From an uncultured delta proteobacterium (GTDB lineage: Bacteria > Desulfobacterota > BSN033 > UBA1163), in NCBI GenBank assembly GCA_963695895.1, contig CAVOIK010000022.1:6485-70484 (forward strand): a stretch of 64,000 bases of DNA. Direction: 5' to 3'. The stretch's first letter is position 1. Each line of letters starts with the position of its first letter. This document shows, one piece after another, positions 60,102 to 64,000 of this stretch. Under the pieces are notes generated by a model. The model was not told the origin of the DNA and searched no databases. It saw only the letters and a list, made by a program, of their open reading frames with translations. The position numbers were made by a program, and so were the translations under genes.

Positions 60102-60542
60102 GTGTTTCGTGGTAGATACGAACACACCATTGATGGCAAAGGCCGCATCAGTATCCCTGCAAAATTCAGAGAGACCCTCACCACTCGATATAATGAGCAG
60201 TTAGTCATCACCAATTTTGATCACTGCCTCATCGCCTTCCCTGCGGATGAATGGACCGCTTTAGAGCAAAAGGCCGGTTCTTTCTCTCTCGTCAGCAAGG
60301 AAACAAGCGCCTTCTTCAGATTCTTCTATTCCAGTGCCGTCGATTGTGTCATTGACAAACAGGGAAGGCTTCTCATTCCTCAGACACTCAGGGATTATGC
60401 AAAGCTGCAAAAGGATGTTGTGCTTGTGGGTGAGGGGAAGCGAATCGAAATCTTTGCCAAGGAGCGCTGGCTGGAAGAGGCCCGAAAGGCCGAAGAAGAT
60501 TTTGACAAAATCAGAAACACCCTAGCCGACCTTGGTCTCTAG
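60102..60542 (+). CDS. mraZ: Transcriptional regulator MraZ
   Basis: MFRGRYEHTIDGKGRISIPAKFRE..., with a second SpoVT/AbrB-like half DKQGRLLIPQTLR. Confidence 0.95.
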   Translation: MFRGRYEHTIDGKGRISIPAKFRETLTTRYNEQLVITNFDHCLIAFPADEWTALEQKAGSFSLVSKETSAFFRFFYSSAVDCVIDKQGRLLIPQTLRDYAKLQKDVVLVGEGKRIEIFAKERWLEEARKAEEDFDKIRNTLADLGL

Positions 60543-60561
60543 GGGAGCGGGTTATCGGTCG

Positions 60562-61476
60562 ATGGGTTTTCGACACATCCCTGTTCTCGTGGAGGAGGTG
60601 GTTTCGCTTCTGAGATGTAGCCCTCACCAGACCTTTGTCGATGCGACGTTGGGCGGAGGGGGACACGCGTTGGAGATCTTGAGGCGGACAGAGCCTGACG
60701 GAATGGTGATTGGGATGGAATGGGATGAAGAGGCCATCCGTGTGGCCAGGGAAACCTTGAGACCTTTTGGAGATCGGGTAAAATTCGTTCAACAGAATTT
60801 TGTCCACTTGCCCGAGGTCCTGCCATCATTGAGGGTGGAGGGTGTGGATGGAATTCTGGTCGACCTCGGTCTCTCTTCCATGCAATTGGAGGATGCTCAG
60901 AGGGGGTTTAGCTTGAGGAATGACGGCCCTTTGGATATGCGCATGGATCAGCGTCTCGAGGACACGGCAGCAGATTGGGTGAATCGTCTCTCCCAGGAGG
61001 AGTTGTCCAAGGTTTTCTGGGAATACGGTGAGGAGCGATGGGCAAGGAGAATAGCGAGAGCGATCGTCGAGGAGAGACGGAAGATGCCCATAAGAACCAC
61101 CGCCGTGCTCCGAAGGATCGTTGTCCGGGCGATCCCTTCACGTTTCCATTCCAGACGGATTGACCCAGCCACCAAGACCTTCCAGGCTCTCCGCATCACC
61201 ACCAATCGTGAGTTAGAAAACTTGAGACAGATGTTAGAGACGGGATGGACGGTGTTGAAACGAGGGGGGCGGATGTGTGTGATCTCGTTTCACTCGTTGG
61301 AAGATCGGATGGTGAAGGAAGCCTTCCGGAATCTGGGAAGGGGAAGAGAGGGGAAAGGAGAATCTGGAGCCGTGCTCCGCGTGATTACCAAGAAACCGAT
61401 CACACCTTCCGAAGACGAACGAAAGAGAAATCCCCGCTCTCGCAGTGCAAAGATGAGGTGTGCGGAGCGGGTGTGA
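60562..61476 (+). CDS. rsmH: 16S rRNA (cytosine1402-N4)-methyltransferase
   Basis: HIPVLVEEV...DATLGGGGH...DLGLSSMQLED.... Confidence 0.95.
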   Translation: MGFRHIPVLVEEVVSLLRCSPHQTFVDATLGGGGHALEILRRTEPDGMVIGMEWDEEAIRVARETLRPFGDRVKFVQQNFVHLPEVLPSLRVEGVDGILVDLGLSSMQLEDAQRGFSLRNDGPLDMRMDQRLEDTAADWVNRLSQEELSKVFWEYGEERWARRIARAIVEERRKMPIRTTAVLRRIVVRAIPSRFHSRRIDPATKTFQALRITTNRELENLRQMLETGWTVLKRGGRMCVISFHSLEDRMVKEAFRNLGRGREGKGESGAVLRVITKKPITPSEDERKRNPRSRSAKMRCAERV

Positions 61477-61483
61477 GGAAAAG

Positions 61484-61831
61484 ATGGCGAAAGGGACGAA
61501 CAAGGCTGCGCATCGAGTGCTTTGGATGGATCAGCAACCCAAGGGGAAGAAAAAACGAAGCTTCCGAAAGAGAAAACTCCTCCTCTTCATGCTCCCCTTG
61601 CTCTTTTTCATCCTGAGCGCGCTCTTTTTTGTGTGGTCTAGAATCCAGGTGATCCAACTGGGATATGAGATCTCCAGTGCCTTGAAGGAAGGACGATCAC
61701 TCGCTGAAATGAAGAAGAGACTCACGCTCGAAGTGGCTACGCTCAAGTCCTATGGACGGATTGAAAAGGTAGCCGTTGAGGAGCTGGGGATGTCTAAACC
61801 CAAACCGGACCAGGTGGTTGTGATTCGATGA
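61484..61831 (+). CDS. ftsL: Cell division protein FtsL
   Basis: Small bitopic protein in the canonical position. RBS GAGGAAAAG, single TM helix LLLFMLPLLFFILSALFFVW. Confidence 0.75.
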   Translation: MAKGTNKAAHRVLWMDQQPKGKKKRSFRKRKLLLFMLPLLFFILSALFFVWSRIQVIQLGYEISSALKEGRSLAEMKKRLTLEVATLKSYGRIEKVAVEELGMSKPKPDQVVVIR

Positions 61832-63805
61832 AAAAGAAGTCGATCAACTGGCTCAAACTCCGAATGTTCATCATCGCCTGTGTGCTCTTTCTCGGGTTCA
61901 TCCTCGTGGGAGCGAGGATGTTTCAACTCCAAGTTCTCCAGAAGGAACAGCTCTACAAGCTGGCTTCGCAACAGCAACATGTGCAGATTCCTCTGGTTCC
62001 CAAGCGAGGAACGATCTACGACCGGCAAGGCAATGAGCTGGCGGTGAGCATCGAAGTCGATTCAGTCTTCGCAGACCCACGAAAGATCAAGGATCTGGGA
62101 AAAACCGTGAGTGGACTTGACTCGGTCCTCCAGATGGATCGGGAAGAGCGTGAGACGGAGATTGAAGAGCGGGAGTTCCTTTGAATGGGTCCAGAGAAAG
62201 ATTTCTCTCAGAGAGTCGGAGCAGATTAAGGCACTTCGTCTTCCTGGAATCTACCTCATGAAAGAGAATAAGCGGTTTTATCCAAACGCTCAAATGGCCG
62301 CACACGTGGTTGGCTTCGTCGGCCTTGATTCAAGGGGCCTGGAAGGCATCGAGTCCCAGTACGACACCTCGCTCAATGGAAAAGGGGAAGTCTGGAAGAT
62401 GAACCGAGATGCCCTGGGTAGAGGGATAGCGATGGACGAGCCCCTCCCTTCGAAACAGGAAGAACATTATCAGAATGTGGTCCTCACCATCGACAAACAG
62501 ATCCAGCATGTGGTCGAGACTGAGTTAGGTCCCGCCGTTCAAAAATGGGGGGCCAAGGGAGGGATGGCGATCGCCATGGAACCCTCCACTGGAAAGATTC
62601 TGGCCAGCGCCACCTATCCTTTCTTCAACCCCAACCAGTTTCTCCAATATGGCTCAGGGATCTGGCGGAACCGAGCCATTTCCGATCCTTTTGAACCGGG
62701 GTCTCTGTTCAAGGTTTTTTTGGCAGCGGCTGCGATCGACGGACAAATGGTGAAGCCCTCAGACGCCTTTTTTTGCGAAAACGGTTCTTATAAGGTTTAC
62801 GATCGAACGATCCACGATGTCCACAAACATGGATGGCTCACCTTTCGACAGATCATCAAGGTTTCGAGCAATATCGGAGCCTCCAAGGTGGGAGAGAAAC
62901 TGGGGAAAGATCGCCTGTTCAAGTATGTCACCGCTTTCGGATTTGGAGAAAAAACGAAGATCGGTCTGCCCGGGGAGAGCCGAGGCATCGTGCACCATCC
63001 GAGGTACTGGTCCCCTGTAGCTGTGGACACCATCTCCTTTGGCCAAGGGATTTCCGTCACGGGCATTCAGCTCGTTACAGCCTTATCAGCGATTGCCAAT
63101 GGCGGATCCCTGATGAAGCCTCTTATCGTCGAACGAGTGACGAACGAAAAAGGAGAACCCCTTCAAATTTCCCAACCTGAGATGGTAAGAAAAGTGGTTT
63201 CCGAAGAAGCGGCAAGACAAGTGACGGCGGTGCTCAAAGGGACCACTGAGAAGGGAGGAACGGGAGAGGGAGCCATTCCTGCCGGATACGAGGTGGCCGG
63301 AAAGACAGGAACCGCTCAGAAGGCGGATGGTCAATTGGGAGGATATGCAGAAGGTCGGTACGTCAGTGGCTTCATGGGATTTGCGCCAGTCGAGGATCCG
63401 AGGATGGTCCTCTTGGTGATCATCGATGAGCCCCAGGGAACGAACTACGGGGGAGTGGTTGCTGCACCGGTATTTAAGGCCATCATGGAAAATGCGCTGC
63501 CCTATCTTCATGCTCATCCGAAGGGGACGGTCATCGTGAAGAACGAGGACGACCTTTCCATGGATCTCGAGCAGGTAGGAACCAGCTCATTCGTGGAAGA
63601 TCTCCAAGTGAGGAAAGGAGCCGGGAGAGAAGTCATGCCGGACCTCGCCGGACTGCCCATGCGTGTGGCCCTCAGTCGGATTGAAGGGAAAGGTCTCATC
63701 ATTAAGGTTTCAGGAACAGGGCGATTAGCCGAACAGGCTCCGAGGGCAGGAGTTATTATCGAGAAAGGGGACCTGTGTTATCTCAAGTTCCAGTCCCCGT
63801 CCTGA
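61828..63805 (+). pseudogene. ftsI: Class B penicillin-binding protein (FtsI/SpoVD-like, C-terminal PASTA), one frame disruption near 62148
   Basis: ORFs 61828-62184 and 62111-63805 join at ...LQMDREE|VRRRLKSGSSFEWVQRK.... It carries SLFK (SxxK), SSN and KTGT motifs and a PASTA-like tail. Confidence 0.85.
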
Positions 63806-63815
63806 TGATCGATGC

Positions 63816-64000
63816 ATGAAACTGAACACGGTGTTGGAAGGGGTTGAGATCAGAGAAGTGATCGGCGAGACGCAAAGAGAGATCGAAGGCATTGCGTATC
63901 ACTCGGGTCATGTGAAGCCCGGATTTCTTTTTGTTGCCCTTCGCGGACAAGAGGTGGATGGCCACCTCTTCATCCCCGATGCCCTCGATCACGGCGCAGA
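63816..64000 (+). CDS. murE: UDP-N-acetylmuramoyl-tripeptide synthetase, 5' part (runs off window)
   Basis: MKLNTVLEGVEIREVIGETQREIEGIAYHSGHVKPGFLFVALRGQEVDGHLFIPDALDHGA is a typical MurE N-terminus in the canonical dcw position. Confidence 0.8.
   Translation, partial: MKLNTVLEGVEIREVIGETQREIEGIAYHSGHVKPGFLFVALRGQEVDGHLFIPDALDHGA

Overview
This is a 64-kb bacterial chromosomal window with anaerobe-type gene content. Sampled GC is about 60% in the core genes and about 35% in one AT-rich block.

- **1-17.6 kb:** a mosaic accessory region. It holds TIR-bounded transposase-remnant elements, a hicB-hicA toxin-antitoxin pair, a degraded integron-type integrase, and ~460-bp direct repeats of an integrase-fragment plus dnaJ-like 3' end segment. 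It also holds many two-component and c-di-GMP signalling genes, several of them frame-disrupted. One sigma54 module looks intact: NtrC-like regulator, 29-codon ORF behind a -24/-12 promoter, family-5 solute-binding protein, HAMP-PAS kinase and CheY-like regulator.
- **17.7-25.9 kb:** an alpha-2-macroglobulin plus PBP1C pair, both frame-disrupted.
- **29-53.8 kb:** a Wood-Ljungdahl cluster on the minus strand. Gene order is fhs, acsV/RACo, cooC, folD, small ORF, acsD, acsA/cooS, acsB, acsC, acsE, metF, a cytochrome b / FeS / tetrahaem c3 module, metV, metF. Adjacent to it are sensor kinases and a pseudo-receiver-MetF-MetV fusion. Two copies of a 236-bp MITE with 8-bp target duplications bracket the block, and GC-rich REP-like palindromes are scattered through it.
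- **56.7-59.6 kb:** an AT-rich, foreign-looking block. It carries a complete second-type ligA fused in frame behind the first ~47 codons of a native ligA.
- **60-64 kb:** mraZ-rsmH-ftsL-ftsI-murE, the start of the dcw cluster.

No rRNA, tRNA or CRISPR array was recognised. More than 20 frame disruptions hit otherwise recognisable genes, including fhs, acsC, ftsI and ligA. Assembly indel error versus real gene decay must be resolved before functional claims. All family assignments are by eye from motifs; no searches were run.
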